Assembly (NCBI GenBank): GCA_965215365.1 | Contig: CBDCDS010000003.1 | Coordinates: 1,312,001-1,376,000, forward strand | Direction of reading: 5' to 3' | Source of the DNA: Gammaproteobacteria bacterium | GTDB taxonomy: Bacteria; Pseudomonadota; Gammaproteobacteria; Eutrophobiales; Eutrophobiaceae | Length of the DNA: 64,000 nt | In this document: positions 36,201 through 51,200 of the stretch, piece by piece | Numbering within the stretch: position 1 is the stretch's first letter | Layout of the letters: every line of letters begins with the position of its first letter | Program-made: the position numbers and the translations under genes | Notes under the pieces: model-generated | Databases searched by the model: none | Told to the model about the DNA's origin: nothing | What the model saw: only the letters and a program-made list of their open reading frames with translations

Positions 36201-39200
36201 GACTATTGACGCCGGCGCTACCAGCGCCACCTTCGAAGTGTTGACGACCGCCGACAGTACTACGGAGTCCTCTGGCGAGACGTTCAAAGTCACCCTGTCC
36301 AATCCCGGCGACATTGGCACCATCAAGTCCGGTGCCGGCGTGGGCACGGCCACCCTGTACGACGCGGGAGGCGTGTTTGTCAATGATGATGATAGTGCTG
36401 TCACATATTTGAATCTTAATCCTTTTTGGAAGGATGCTGACCGCTCCAAGGGGGGATTCAACAACTATGATGATGATATCCGCTCCACTAATGTGCAGGG
36501 CATGTACTTTGAATACACGTTTATCGGCACCGGCGTGGATTTTATCTCAGAGACTAACAAAGACCATGGCGAGGTTGACATCTATATTGACACGGCCAAG
36601 GTGGCGCGTGTGTCGCTGCACAGTGCGACCCGCACCGGCAAGGTGCTGGCCTACAGCATGCGTAGGTTGCCTTTCGGGAAACATACTATCCGGGGGGTGA
36701 AGGTGGGCAGCGACGCCGGCAAGTATTTGGTAGTGGATGGCTTTTTTGTTTATGGGACGCCTAAACCCGCGGGGCTGACCGCGACACCAGGCGACAAGCA
36801 GGTGAAACTCACCTGGGCCGACCCGTCAGACGGTGCCATCACCAAATACCAGGTTCGTCAGGGCACTGGCACGACCGTCGCCTGGGGTGCTTGGGCGGAC
36901 GTTCCCAGCAGCTCGGCCACCACCACCTCGCATACCGTGACCGGCCTGACCAACGGCACGCAATATAGCTTTCAGGTGCGCGCCGTGGACGGGACGGCAA
37001 CCGACGTGGCTTCGCACACCGTGACCGCAACACCGGCAGGCTACGAGCTGTCGATTAACAGCGTGGGAGTGACGGAGGGAGCGGCGGCGTATTTTACGGT
37101 GAGCCTGTCACGCGCCCACACCGCTGACGTCACGGTGCGGGCGGCCACCTCGGCCGGCACGGCCACGGCGGCCAGCGACTACACGGCGACGACGGCCACG
37201 CTGACCCTTGCCAAGGGAGAAACCAGCGCCACCTTCGCGGTGCCGACGACCGCCGATGCTACTGCGGAGGGCAGTGAGACCTTCAAGGTGACCCTGAGTA
37301 ATCCCACCGGTGGCGCCACCATCGAGCGCGGCGGCGGTGTGGGTACGGCCACCCTGTACGATGGCGGCGAGGATGGCGGCGGCATGCTCGTCAATGATGA
37401 TGACAGTGCTATTGACTACCAGAATGGCAGTAGCTCATTCGGCCGTGGGTGGTTTTCTGGTGCTCGCAATCCGAGATACTTCAATAGCTACAATGATGAC
37501 ATTCAAGGCGCCACGAGACCGGGCGCCTACTTTGAATATACGTTTGCCGGCACCGGCGTGGATTTTATCTCGGAAACTAGTAGCACCTACGGGAAGGTTG
37601 ACATCTACCTTGACGAGACCAAGGTAGCGCGCGTGTCGCTGCACAGTGCCACCCTAACCGGCAAGGCGCTGGCCTACAGTGTGCGCGGGTTGCCTTTCGG
37701 GGAATATACCATCAAGGGTGTGAAAGTGGGGAACATCGCCGAGGTGCTGGTGGTAGATGGCTTTTTTGTTTATGGGACGCTCAAGCCCACGGGGCTTACC
37801 GCGGGGGCGGGCGACGGGCAGGTGGTGCTTACCTGGGACAACCCCTCCAACGATGCCATCACCGGCTACCAGTATCGCTGGGGTACGCTCTCGGCCCTCT
37901 CTAGGTCGCATTTTGGGCTCGACTCTTATTTAGAAGCTGTCCGCTGGGGGAATTGGCTGACAATGTCCGGCAGCCTGGACACCACCACGTCACACACGGT
38001 GCGCTTCCTGACCAACGACACGCAGTACTATTTCCAGGTGCGCGCCGTGGTCGGGGCAGTACCCGGCGCGCCCTCAAATGTCGTATTCGCCAGACCACGG
38101 ACGGCCGGCATGAACTTCATCACCTGGCATCTGCCCCGTGAAATGCGCTATGTGAGGGGTACGCCGATATTGGCGCCAACCCGACTGCCGCGGGTCCAGG
38201 GTGCCACCGGCGCCGTGACTTATGCCTTAACACCGGCACTGCCGACCGGTCTGGAGTGGGACGATGAGGAGCGTACGATTTCAGGCACCCCCGCCGCAGA
38301 TAGGGCGCGTACGCAATACACCATGACGGCGACCGATACCAACGATAAAATCGGCGAATACACCTTCCACCTGACCGTAGCGGCCACCGACAACAAGCCC
38401 AGCTTCGGCACGACGCAGGCCGATTTGCTATTAGTCAAGGACGCGGCCATGACCGCCGTCACACTACCGGCGGCCACCGGCGGCGACGGCACGCTGACCT
38501 ATCAGTTACTGCCGTTGAAGTGGAGTAACCTGGGCTACAACCAGGGAGAACGGGGGAACAACCAACCTCTGGACTACGCCGGTGTGCCCAACCTGCCGGC
38601 GGGTGTGAGCTTCAATGCCAGCACGCGCGAGCTGTCGGGCAGGCCCACGGCGAACTGGACGCGCGCCTTGTACACGTTGGTGGCCACAGATGCCGATGGC
38701 GACACGGCGGGTCTGAACTTCCACGTGGCGGTGGCGAACGCACTGACCCCGGCTACCGGCTCGAGCGCCCTGGAGGTCTGGACGGATGATGCGCTCAACC
38801 ATGTCAACCGCGATGCCACCCGGCCGAACTCGCCGTCCACCCGCATTGACTTACATGCGGTGCGCAATGAGTATGAGAGCGGCCAGATAGTGCTACGCAG
38901 TGATGCGGATTTGACCATCACCGAGGTGGCGTTTAGTGACCTGACCGATGGCAGCAACACGATTGCTAAGACCCACCTTGACTACCGGTTTGTAGAATAC
39001 CACTCGCCGGTGATGCCGACCCGGGGAGATACGCTACTTTATCCGGCCTCTAATCGTCCCGACCCCTTGTCCAACGCCCGTTCGATTGTGGTGCCGGCGA
39101 ACGACACCCAACCGATACTGGTGACGGTGTATGTCCCCAAGGGACAGGCGGCGGGCACTTACGCCGGCACGGTGATGGTGAAGGTCAACACGGCGCAGGG

Positions 39201-42200
39201 GGTTAAGACTAAAACCGTCCCGCTGAGCGTGAAGGTCTATGCCGTGGAGATCCCCGATGCCAAGGACAGCGAGTTCAAGCAGTACAACTGGACCGAGACC
39301 AACATGTTCTCCATCCGCAACGAGGAGGACATGGGCTTTTCGTACTACGGGATTGACAAGTACTCTGATGATTGGTGGGAATTGATGGAGAACATGGCCG
39401 ATACCATGTCGACGTATCGCCAGAACATGGCGGTATCCTGGACGGTGGGTCTGCTGCGCGACGGCGGCAGCAAGGCCAATGTTGACGGCACGTATGAGTG
39501 GGACTGGCGGCTGTTCGACAAGTACATCGACACCTATAACCAGGGTGGCATGAGCCACTTCGGCGGCGGGCATTTATCGTTCCACTGGAACGGGAGGCCG
39601 GGGAGTTTCAGTGGTAAGCATGACTTCCATGTGATGCAGTTGTCTCGCGACTCAGATGGCGAGACGCGTCTTAGCGGCGCATTGGTGCCGACCTCGGCGA
39701 CCGATGCCACTACCACGCGCAAGGCCGCCGCGGACTGGTTGGATGCCTACTTGCCGGAATTGGACAAACAAGTCAAGGCCAAGACCTTGGTCGGCGGCGT
39801 CAAGCTGCGCGACCAATGGATCCAGCACATGGGGGATGAGGCGGGTGCAGGTGCACAATCCCAACAATGGGCTTATATGGCGGACAAGGTCCAATTTCAT
39901 GCACCTGGTATGCTGACCATGGATGCAGCATATAGTCTTGGTTTGCACGACCATGCAACGAAAGTAAAAGCCTGGAGTCCTTGGATCAACATTTTTGATG
40001 AATACAAGGATTTCTATATTGAACAACAAGCCGCCAACAAGCCGGTGTTTGCTTACTACATGTGGTATCCCCGACATCCGTTAATGAACCGCATGTTCGC
40101 TAACCATTTGATCGCGACCTCAATGATCTACTGGTATTACTTCCGCCACAATCTGGCCGGCAATCTGCACTGGGCGCTGAACGTGTGGTCTCTCCCGTTG
40201 ACAGAAACCAAAGACGACAACGGAATCGGTGCCGAAGGCGATACCCACATCGTCTATCCGGACGTCGGTGGGCGCACTCTGAGGTCATCGCTGCGCTATG
40301 AAGCTGAGCGTAACGGGCTGGAGGACCTGGAGATCTTGAAGCGGTACAAGGTGGGGGCACCGAGCGCGGCCAATACGCTGGCCGACGGACTCATAAACCC
40401 CAACGGCGTCACCGCGGTCCCAAGTTCCGTCAACACCCTTGCCGAATACAACACAAATGTATCAACGTACCGCACCGTGCGTGCCGAGTTGCTGGAGGCG
40501 GTGTCTCCGATGCTCACAGGGCTGACCGTGACACCGGGCGACGGGCAGGTGACGCTGAGCTGGGATGATCCTGGCGATGCCAGCATTGCTCGCTACCAGT
40601 TCGACACGCGCTGCTCCTCGGGCCTCTGGGGCGGCTGGCGGAACGTCCCCGCCTCCAGGGCCACCACTACCACCGCCACGATAAGCGGCTTGACTAACGA
40701 CACGCAGTGCGACTTCCGCATCCGCGCCAGAAGAGGGGGGGAGCGCGGCCCGCCCTCGGCTGTCGTGAGCGCCACGCCGATAGAGTCCCTGCCCTTCGTC
40801 ACCTGGCACCTGCCCCCTGAGCTGCGCTACGTGAAGGGTGAGGAAATCCTGGCGCCGGTGCGCCTGCCGCGGGCCGACACCACGCAGCGGGTGATTTACC
40901 TGCTGAGGGGTCGGTTTTCGGGCACCTTTGCCGGGGACGATTTGCCTGATGGGCTGATTTTCGATGCCGAACAACGCACCATTTCCGGTACGTCGACGAA
41001 GCGCATGGCGCGTAGGCGCTACGAGCTCATTGCTCGTGCTTTAGACGGTCGGGAGGGACGGTTCAGCTTCCACCTGACGGTGGCTAACAAGGACAACAAG
41101 CCCACCTTCGGCAGTGAGACGCAAGCCGACCTGTTACTGGTGAAGGATGCGCTAATGACCGCGGTCACACTGCCGGTGGCTACGGGCGGCGATGGCACGC
41201 TGACCTATCAGTTATTGCCGTTGAAGTGGAGTAACATGGGCTACAACCAGAACGCGGACCGGGAGAGCAACCAACCCTTAGACTACGCCGGGGTGGCCAA
41301 CCTGCCGGCGGGGCTCAGCTTTAATGCCGGCACACGGGTGCTGTCGGGCACACCCACTGAGAACTGGACGCGCGCCCTTTATACTTTAGTAGCCACGGAC
41401 GCCGATGGCGACACGGCGGGTCTGAACTTCCATGTGGCGGTGGCAAACGCGTTAACCCCGGCCACCAATTCCAGCACTCTGGAGGTCTGGACGGACGATG
41501 CACTCAAGCATGTCAACCGCAATGCCACTAAGCCGAGCTCGCCGTCGACCCGCATTGACTTACATGCGGCGCGCAATGAGTACGAGAACGGCCAGATAGT
41601 GCTGCGCAGCGATGCGGATTTGACCATTACCGAGGTGGCGTTTACCGACCTGAAAGATGGCAGCAACACGATTGCTAAGACCCACCTTGACTACCGGTTT
41701 GTGGAATACCACTCGCCGGTGATGCCGACCCGGACGACCCAGCTGCTCTACCCGGCCGATAATCGTCCTGATCCGTTGTCCAATGCCCGCTCGATTGTGG
41801 TGCCGGCGAACGTCACCCAACCCATCTTAGTGACGGCGTATGTCCCCAAGGGGCAGGCGGCGGGCACTTATGCCGGCGATGTGACGGTCAAGACCACCCA
41901 GGGGGACAAGACCGTCCCGCTGAGCGTGAAGGTCTATGCGGTAGAGATTCCCGACGCTAAGGCCAGCGAGTTCTTACAGTACAACTGGACGGAGACGAAC
42001 ATGTACTCCGTGCGCAATGATGAGGACATGGGGTTCTCATACTACGGGATTTATAAGTACTCCGATGACTGGTGGGACTTAATGGGCAACATGGCCGACA
42101 CCATGTCCAAGCATCGTCAGAACATGACCATTGCCTGGACGGTGGCACTGCTGCGCGATGGCGGCAGTAAGGCCAAGTCCGATGGCACTTATGAGTGGGA

Positions 42201-45200
42201 GTGGGGGCTGTTCGATAAGTTCATCGACACTTATAACCAGGGTGGCATGTCGCATTTCGGTGGTGGGCATTTGTCGTTCCACTGGGAGGGCGGCAAACCG
42301 CGCAGTTGGGATGCTGCTCGGCATTTCGAGGTGGCGATGCTCGCGCCTGACGCGAACGGTGAGACGCGCATCGGCGGTGCCGTGGTGCCGACCTCGACGA
42401 GCAATGCCGACGACGAGCGCACGGTGGCCCGGGATTGGCTCAATGCTTATCTGCCGGAGCTGGACAAACATATTGCTGCGAAGGGCTTACTCGGCGGTGC
42501 CAAGCTGCGTGATAAGTGGTTCCAACATCTTGGCGATGAGCCGGGCGGCAGCACTGATATCCAACAATGGGCGTATATGGCAGACACGCTCAAGGCCAAG
42601 GCGCCCAAGATACGTAATTTAGATGCAGCCCAGACCAGCGTCGAGGGGCTTTTGCAGGATGCCAATGCGGCCCGGGTGAATGCTTGGAGTCCTTACCTGA
42701 TCGAGTTTGACAAGCGCAAAACCTTATTTGCCCAACAGCAACAAGCCGACAAGCCGGTGTTTGTCTATGTGATGTACACCCCCAGGGACAAGAACGACTA
42801 TAACCGCCTGTTCAACAACCATCTGGTATCGACTTCCACGCTGTATTGGTATTACTTCCGCCATAACTTAGACGGCAATCTGCACTGGGCACTGAACGTG
42901 TGGTCCATCGGGCCGGCGGGCGGCTCTGAAGGCGATACCCACATCGTCTATCCGGACATCGGCGGGCGCACGCTGCGCTCATCGCTGCGCTATGAAGCCG
43001 AGCGCGGCGGGCTGGAGGACTTGGAACTGTTGAAGCTGTACAAAGCGACCTCTGCCAGCGCGGCTAATACACTGGCTGAGAAGCTCACCACCACGACCCG
43101 CACCAACCACAACAAGGATGTGTCAACGTATCGCACCGTGCGTACCGAGTTGCTGGAGGCTGTGGCCGCCGCCCTACTGCCTAAACCCACGGGTTTTACG
43201 GCGACTCCGGGCGACGAGCAGGTGAAGCTCACCTGGGCTGACCCTGCCGATAACAGAATCACCCGCTACCAGTATCAGCAGCGGGTCGGGAACGCCGATT
43301 GGGGCTCGTGGATTAACATCTCTGGCGCCAACGCGACCACGACCACCTTTACGCGCGCCGGCCTGACCAACGGCACGCAATACAGCTTCCGCATCCGCGC
43401 CGCAAGGGGGCCGGTAGCCGGTGCGGCTTCGGATGTCGTGAGCGCCACACCAATGCCCCTCCCCGAGCTGTCGATTAACAGCGTGGGAGTGACGGAGGGA
43501 GCGGCGGCGTATTTTACGGTGAGCCTGTCACGCGCCCACACCGCTGACGTCACGGTGCGGGCGGCCACCTCGGCCGGCACGGCCACGGCGGGCAGCGACT
43601 ACACCACGAAGACGGCCACGCTGACTATTGCGGCAGGGAGCGCCAGCGCCACCTTCGCGGTACCGACGACCGCCGACAATACTGCCGAGTCTGGCGAGAC
43701 GATCAAGGTGACCCTGTCCAATCCCGCCGGCGGCGCCACCATCAAGTCCGGCGGCGGTGTGGGTACGGTCACCCTGTACGATCCGGGGAGCGAGTTCGTC
43801 AATTATAATGCCCCTGCTGTCAGCTATCAGAATGGCAGTAACACAACAGGCTTGGCATGGTCTTTTGGCACTTTCATCGGGGGAGACTCCAACAGCTACG
43901 TTACCTCTAGGCCGGGCGCTTATTTTGAATATACATTTACCGGCACCGGCGTGGATTTTATCTCGGAGACTAACTCTGACCACGGTGAGGTTGACATCTA
44001 CCTTGACGAGACCAAGGTAGCGCGCGTGTCGCTGCACAGTGCCACCCTAACCGGCAAGGCGCTGGCCTACAGTGTGCGCGGGTTGCCTTTCGGGGAATAT
44101 ACCATCAAGGGTGTGAAGGTGGGGAGCGATGCCAGCAAATATTTAGTAGTGGATGGCTTTTTTGTTTATGGGACGCTCAAACCCACGGGGCTTACCGCGG
44201 CGGCGGGCGACGGGCAGGTGGTGCTTACCTGGGACGACCCCTCCAACGATGCCATCACCGGCTACCAGTATCGCCAGGGTACACCCCTGTTCTTGCCTTG
44301 GTGGTATTTTGTGTTCGACCCTTATTTAGAACCTGCCCGCTGGGAGGATTGGACCGACATTCCTAGCAGCTCGGCCGCCACCATTTCGCACCTTGTGACC
44401 GGCCTGACCAACGGCACGCAGTACTATTTCCAGGTGCGCGCCGTGGTCGGGGCAACGACCGGCGCGCCCTCAAATGCCGCATCCGCCAGACCACGGACGG
44501 ACGGCCTGAACTTCATCACCTGGCACCTGCCTCCTGAGTTTCGGTATGTGAATGGCGAGGCGATATTGGCGCCGACCCGGCTGCCGCGGCTCGATGGCGG
44601 CACGGGCACGGTGACTTATACCTTAACACCGGCGCTACCCACGGGCCTGAAATGGGACGCTGAGGAGCGCACGATTTCAGGCACCCCCGCCGCAGATATG
44701 GGTCGCGCGGTATACACCATGAAGGCAACCGATGCGAACGATGAGTCCGCCGCCTACACCTTCCACCTGACCGTAGCGGCCACCGACAACAAGCCCAGCT
44801 TCGGCACGACGCAGGCCGATTTGCTATTAGTCAAGGACGCGGCCATGACCGCCGTCACACTACCGGCGGCCACCGGCGGCGACGGCACGCTGACCTATCA
44901 GTTACTGCCGTTGAAGTGGAGTAACCTGGGCTACAACCAGGGAGAACGGGGGAACAACCAACCCCTGGACTACGCCGGTGTGCCCAACCTGCCGGCGGGT
45001 GTGAGCTTCAATGCCAGCACGCGCGAGCTGTCGGGCAGGCCCACGGCGAACTGGACGCGCGCCTTGTACACGTTGGTGGCCACAGATGCCGATGGCGACA
45101 CGGCGGGTCTGAACTTCCACGTGGCGGTGGCGAACGCACTGACCCCGGCTACCGGCTCGAGCGCCCTGGAGGTCTGGACGGATGATGCGCTCAACCATGT

Positions 45201-48200
45201 CAACCGCGATGCCACCCGGCCGAACTCGCCGTCCACCCGCATTGACTTACATGCGGTGCGCAATGAGTATGAGAGCGGCCAGATAGTGCTACGCAGTGAT
45301 GCGGATTTGACCATCACCGAGGTGGCGTTTAGTGACCTGACCGATGGCAGCAACACGATTGCTAAGACCCACCTTGACTACCGGTTTGTAGAATACCACT
45401 CGCCGGTGATGCCGACCCGGGGAGATACGCTACTTTATCCGGCCTCTAATCGTCCCGACCCCTTGTCCAACGCCCGTTCGATTGTGGTGCCGGCGAACGA
45501 CACCCAACCGATACTGGTGACGGTGTATGTCCCCAAGGGACAGGCGGCGGGCACTTACGCCGGCACGGTGATGGTGAAGGTCAACACGGCGCAGGGGGTT
45601 AAGACTAAAACCGTCCCGCTGAGCGTGAAGGTCTATGCCGTGGAGATCCCCGATGCCAAGGACAGCGAGTTCAAGCAGTACAACTGGACCGAGACCAACA
45701 TGTTCTCCATCCGCAACGAGGAGGACATGGGCTTTTCGTACTACGGGATTGACAAGTACTCTGATGATTGGTGGGAATTGATGGAGAACATGGCCGATAC
45801 CATGTCGACGTATCGCCAGAACATGGCGGTATCCTGGACGGTGGGTCTGCTGCGCGACGGCGGCAGCAAGGCCAATGCTGACGGCACGTATAAGTGGGAC
45901 TGGCGGCTGTTCGACAAGTACATCGACACCTATAACCAGGGTGGCATGAGCCACTTCGGCGGCGGGCATTTATCGTTCCACTGGAACGGGAGGCCGGGGA
46001 GTTTCAGTGGTAAGCATGACTTCCATGTGATGCAGTTGTCTCGCGACTCAGATGGCGAGACGCGTCTTAGCGGCGCATTGGTGCCGACCTCGGCGACCGA
46101 TGCCACTACCACGCGCAAGGCCGCCGCGGACTGGTTGGATGCCTACTTGCCGGAATTGGACAAACAAGTCAAGGCCAAGACCTTGGTCGGCGGCGTCAAG
46201 CTGCGCGACCAATGGATCCAGCACATGGGGGATGAGGCGGGTGCAGGTGCACAATCCCAACAATGGGCTTATATGGCGGACAAGGTCCAATTTCATGCAC
46301 CTGGTATGCTGACCATGGATGCAGCATATAGTCTTGGTTTGCACGACCATGCAACGAAAGTAAAAGCCTGGAGTCCTTGGATCAACATTTTTGATGAATA
46401 CAAGGATTTCTATATTGAACAACAAGCCGCCAACAAGCCGGTGTTTGCTTACTACATGTGGTATCCCCGACATCCGTTAATGAACCGCATGTTCGCTAAC
46501 CATTTGATCGCGACCTCAATGATCTACTGGTATTACTTCCGCCACAATCTGGCCGGCAATCTGCACTGGGCGCTGAACGTGTGGTCTCTCCCGTTGACAG
46601 AAACCAAAGACGACAACGGAATCGGTGCCGAAGGCGATACCCACATCGTCTATCCGGACGTCGGTGGGCGCACTCTGAGGTCATCGCTGCGCTATGAAGC
46701 TGAGCGTAACGGGCTGGAGGACCTGGAGATCTTGAAGCGGTACAAGGTGGGGGCACCGAGCGCGGCCAATACGCTGGCCGACGGACTCATAAACCCCAAC
46801 GGCGTCACCGCGGTCCCACGTTCCGTCAACACCCTTGCCGAATACAACACAAATGTATCAACGTACCGCACCGTGCGTGCCGAGTTGCTGGAGAAAGCAA
46901 CTAAAGCCCTCGCCGGCCTGCCGGAGCTGTCGATTAACAAAGTGGCGGTATTGGAAGGCCGCCCGGCGCGCTTCACGGTGAGTTTGTCGGCGGCGCACAC
47001 TGCCGATGTCACGGTACAGGCGGCCACCTCGAACGGCACGGCCACGGCAGGCAGCGACTACACGGCGAAGACGGCGACATTAACCATTGCAACCGGCAGC
47101 ACCAGCGCCACGTTTGACGTGGTCACCACCGACGATGCGGCGGTGGAAGGCACCGAGACTTTCAAGGTAATCCTGACTAACCCGTCTAAGGCCACGCTCA
47201 AAAAAGACGGCGACACCGCCACCGGCAGCGTTTACGACGGCGACGGCGGGACGCTCTTCGATGTGCCCGAGACCGACTCGTCTGTCAGCCTCACCAACGG
47301 CACCAACCCTGGGGGTGTGTGGTACTGGAATAAGACGCGTGACGCCAGCCTTAATAACCACAATGACAATGCCTATGGCGTGGGTGATAGCACCGGTGGC
47401 GGTAATGGCGCGTATCTCGAATACACCTTTACCGGCACCGGGGTGGACTTTATCTCACAGAGAGGCCCGAACCACGGTGATGTGGACATCCATATCGACA
47501 ACACCAAGGTGGCCACCGTGAGCTTGTACCAAAGCGGCAGCGCCGCCGGCAATTACGTCGCCTACAGCGCGCGCGACCTGACCCCCGGGGAGCACACCAT
47601 CCGGGTGACTAAGAAGTCCGGCAACTACCTGATCGTGGATGCTTTTACTGTGTATGGAATCCCCTTGAGCTTCGTCACCTGGCACCAGCCTTATGATCTG
47701 CGTTACGTGAAGGATACGGCGATATTGGCGCCGGTGCGGCTGCCGCGGGTGAGTGGCGGTACGGGTATGGTGGTCTATACCTTGTCGCCGGAACTGCCGA
47801 CGGGACTGAAATGGGACGCCAAGGAGCGCACCATCTCAGGCGCCCCCACTGTGAACAAGAGGTACACGCGCTACACCATGACGGCGACCGACGAAGCCGG
47901 TGTTACCGCCACCTATCCCTTCAACCTGACGGTGGCCGATACGGATAACAAGCCCAGCTTCGGCACCAAGACGCAGGCCGACCTGCTGTTAGTCAAAGAC
48001 ACGGCCATGACCGCGGTGACGTTGCCGGAGGCCAGTGGCCTCCACCGCCCGCTGACCTATCAGTTATTGCCGTTGAAGTGGAGCAACCTGAGCTACAACC
48101 AGAACAAGGACCGGGAGAGCAACCAACCCTTAGACTACGCCGGGGTGGCCAACCTGCCGGCGGGGCTCAGCTTTAATGCCGGCACACGGGTGCTGTCGGG

Positions 48201-51200
48201 CACACCCACTGAGAACTGGACACGCGCGCTCTATACCTTAGTCGCCACAGACACCGATGGCGACACGGCAGCGCTGAACTTCCATGTGGCAGTGGTGACC
48301 GCACTGACCCCGGCCACCGGCCCGAGTACCCTGGAGGTGTGGACGGACGATGCGCTCAAGCATGTCAACCGAGATGCCACCAAGCCGAACTCGCCGTCGA
48401 CAGACATCGCCTTACATGCGGCGCGCAATGAGTACGAGAACGGCCAGATAGTGCTACGCAGTGATGCGGATTTGACCATTACCGAAGTGGCGTTTAGTGA
48501 CCTCACCAGCGGCAGCAACACGATTGCCGCCAAGGATAACCTTGACTACCGGTTTGTAGAATACCACTCGCCGGTGATGCCGACCCGGGCGACCGATGTA
48601 CTCTACGCGGCCAATAATCGCCCTGATCCCTTATCCAATGCCCGCTCGATTGTGGTGCCGGCGAACGTCACCCAACCCATCTTAGTGACGGCGTATGTCC
48701 CCAAGGGGCAGGCGGCGGGCACTTATGCCGGCGATGTGACGGTCAAGACCACCCAGGGGGACAAGACCGTGCGGCTGAGAGTGAAGGTCTATGCGGTAGA
48801 GATTCCCGACGCTAAGGCCAGCGAGTTCTTACAGTACAACTGGACGGAGACGAACATGTACTCCGTGCGCAATGATGAGGACATGGGCTTTTCGTACTAC
48901 GGGATTTATAAGTACTCCGATGACTGGTGGGACTTAATGGGCAACATGGCCGACACCATGTCCAAGCATCGTCAGAACATGACCATTGCCTGGACGGTGG
49001 CACTGCTGCGCGACGGCGGCAGTAAGGCCAAGTCCAATGGCACGTATGAGTGGGAGTGGGGGCTGTTCGATAAGTTCATCGACACTTATAACCAGGGTGG
49101 CATGTCGCATTTCGGTGGTGGGCATTTGTCGTTCCACTGGGAGGGCGGCAAACCGCGCAGTTGGGATGCTGCTCGGCATTTCGAGGTGGCGATGCTCGCG
49201 CCTGACGCGAACGGTGAGACGCGCATCGGCGGTGCCGTGGTGCCGACCTCGACGAGCAATGCCGACGACGAGCGCACGGTGGCCCGGGATTGGCTCAATG
49301 CTTATCTGCCGGAGCTGGACAAACATATTGCTGCGAAGGGCTTACTCGGCGGTGCCAAGCTGCGTGATAAGTGGTTCCAACATCTTGGCGATGAGCCGGG
49401 CGGCAGCACTGATATCCAACAATGGGCGTATATGGCAGACACGCTCAAGGACAACGCGCCCAAGATACGTAATTTAGATGCAGCTCAGACCAGTGTCGGG
49501 GGGCTTTTGCAGGCTGCCAATGCGGCCCGGGTGAATGCTTGGAGTCCTTACCTGATCGAGTTTGACAAGCGCAAAACCTTATTTGCTGACCAGCAGGCGC
49601 TCGACAAGCCGGTGTTTGTCTATGTGATGTACACCCCCAGGGACAAGAACGACTATAACCGCCTGTTCAACAACCATCTGGTATCGACTTCCACGCTGTA
49701 TTGGTATTACTTCCGCCATAATGTGGACGGCAATTTGCACTGGGCGCTGAACGTCTGGTCCATCGGGCCGGCGGGCGGCTCTGAAGGCGATACCCACATC
49801 GTCTATCCGGACATCGGCGGGCGCACGCTGCGCTCATCGCTGCGCTATGAAGCTGAGCGCGGCGGGCTGGAGGACTTGGAGCTATTAAAGCTGTACAAGA
49901 AGACCTCTGCCAGCGCCGCCAACACACTGGCCGAGAAGCTCACCGGTACGGGTGATCGCACCAACCACAACAAGGATGTGTCAACGTACCGCACTGTGCG
50001 TGCAGAGTTGCTGGAGGCTGTGGCGCAGGGGCAGGCGCCCACAGGGCTGACTGCAACGCCAAGCGACAAGCAGGTGACGCTCACCTGGGTCGCCTCCTCC
50101 AACAGCGCCATCACCAAGTACCAGTATCGCCAAGGCACCGGCAGTCCCGTCAAATGGGACGATTGGACGGACATTCCCAGCAGCTCGGCCACCACCACCT
50201 CACACACTGTGAAGGGCCTGACCAACGGCACACAGTACAGTTTTGAGGTCCGCGTCGTGGTCAGGACGGCAACCGGCTTGGCCTCGGACATCGTGTCCGC
50301 TACGGCGGGAGTTTACGAACTATCGATTAACAACGTGGCGGTATTAGAAGGCCGCACGGCGCGTTTCACGGTGAGCTTATCTGCGGCATACACCGCCGCC
50401 GTCACAGTACAGGCGGCCACCTCGGATGGCACGGCCACGGCGGGCAGCGACTACACGGCCAAGACGGTGACATTAACCATTGCGACCGGCAGCACCAGTG
50501 CCACGTTTGATGTGGCCACCAGCGCTGACGACGCAGTAGAAGGCACCGAGACCTTCGAGGTGGCCCTGACCGGCCCGACCAATGCCACGCTCAAGACAAA
50601 CAGTGACACCGGCACGGGCACCCTTTACGACGGCGATGGCGGGACGCTCTTCGATGTGCCTGAGACTGACTCGTCTGTCAGCCGCAACGACGGGGGCGGG
50701 AGAGAGTGGTATTGGAATGGGAATCGTTCGGGCTTTAATAACTACGGAGACAATATCTACGCCATTGGCAGTAGCAGTGGTGCCGGTAACGGCGCCTACC
50801 TGGAATACACCTTTACCGGCACCGGGGTGGACTTTATCTCACAGATTGGTCCTAACCACGGTGATGTGGACATCCATATCGACGGTACCAAGGTGGCCAC
50901 CGTGTCCTTGTACCAAAGCGGCAGCACCACGGGCAAACACGTGGCCTACAGCGTGCGCGACCTGACCCCCGGGGAACACACCATCCGGGTGACCAAGCAG
51001 TCCGGTAAATACCTCGTGGTGGATGCTTTTACGGTGTATGGCACCCCCTTGGACTTCATCACCTGGCACTTGCCCCCTGAGCTGCGCTATGTGAAGGATA
51101 CGGCCATCCTGGCCCCGACCCGACTGCCTCGGGTCGGCAACGGCGCGGGGACGGTGACTTATGCCTTATCACCGGTGCCACCCACGGGCCTGAAGTGGGA

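Noticed and set aside
25620-51045. Diversity-generating retroelement as the source of the variable loops
   Set aside because: No reverse transcriptase or template repeat in the window. Differences include indels and are not adenine-specific.
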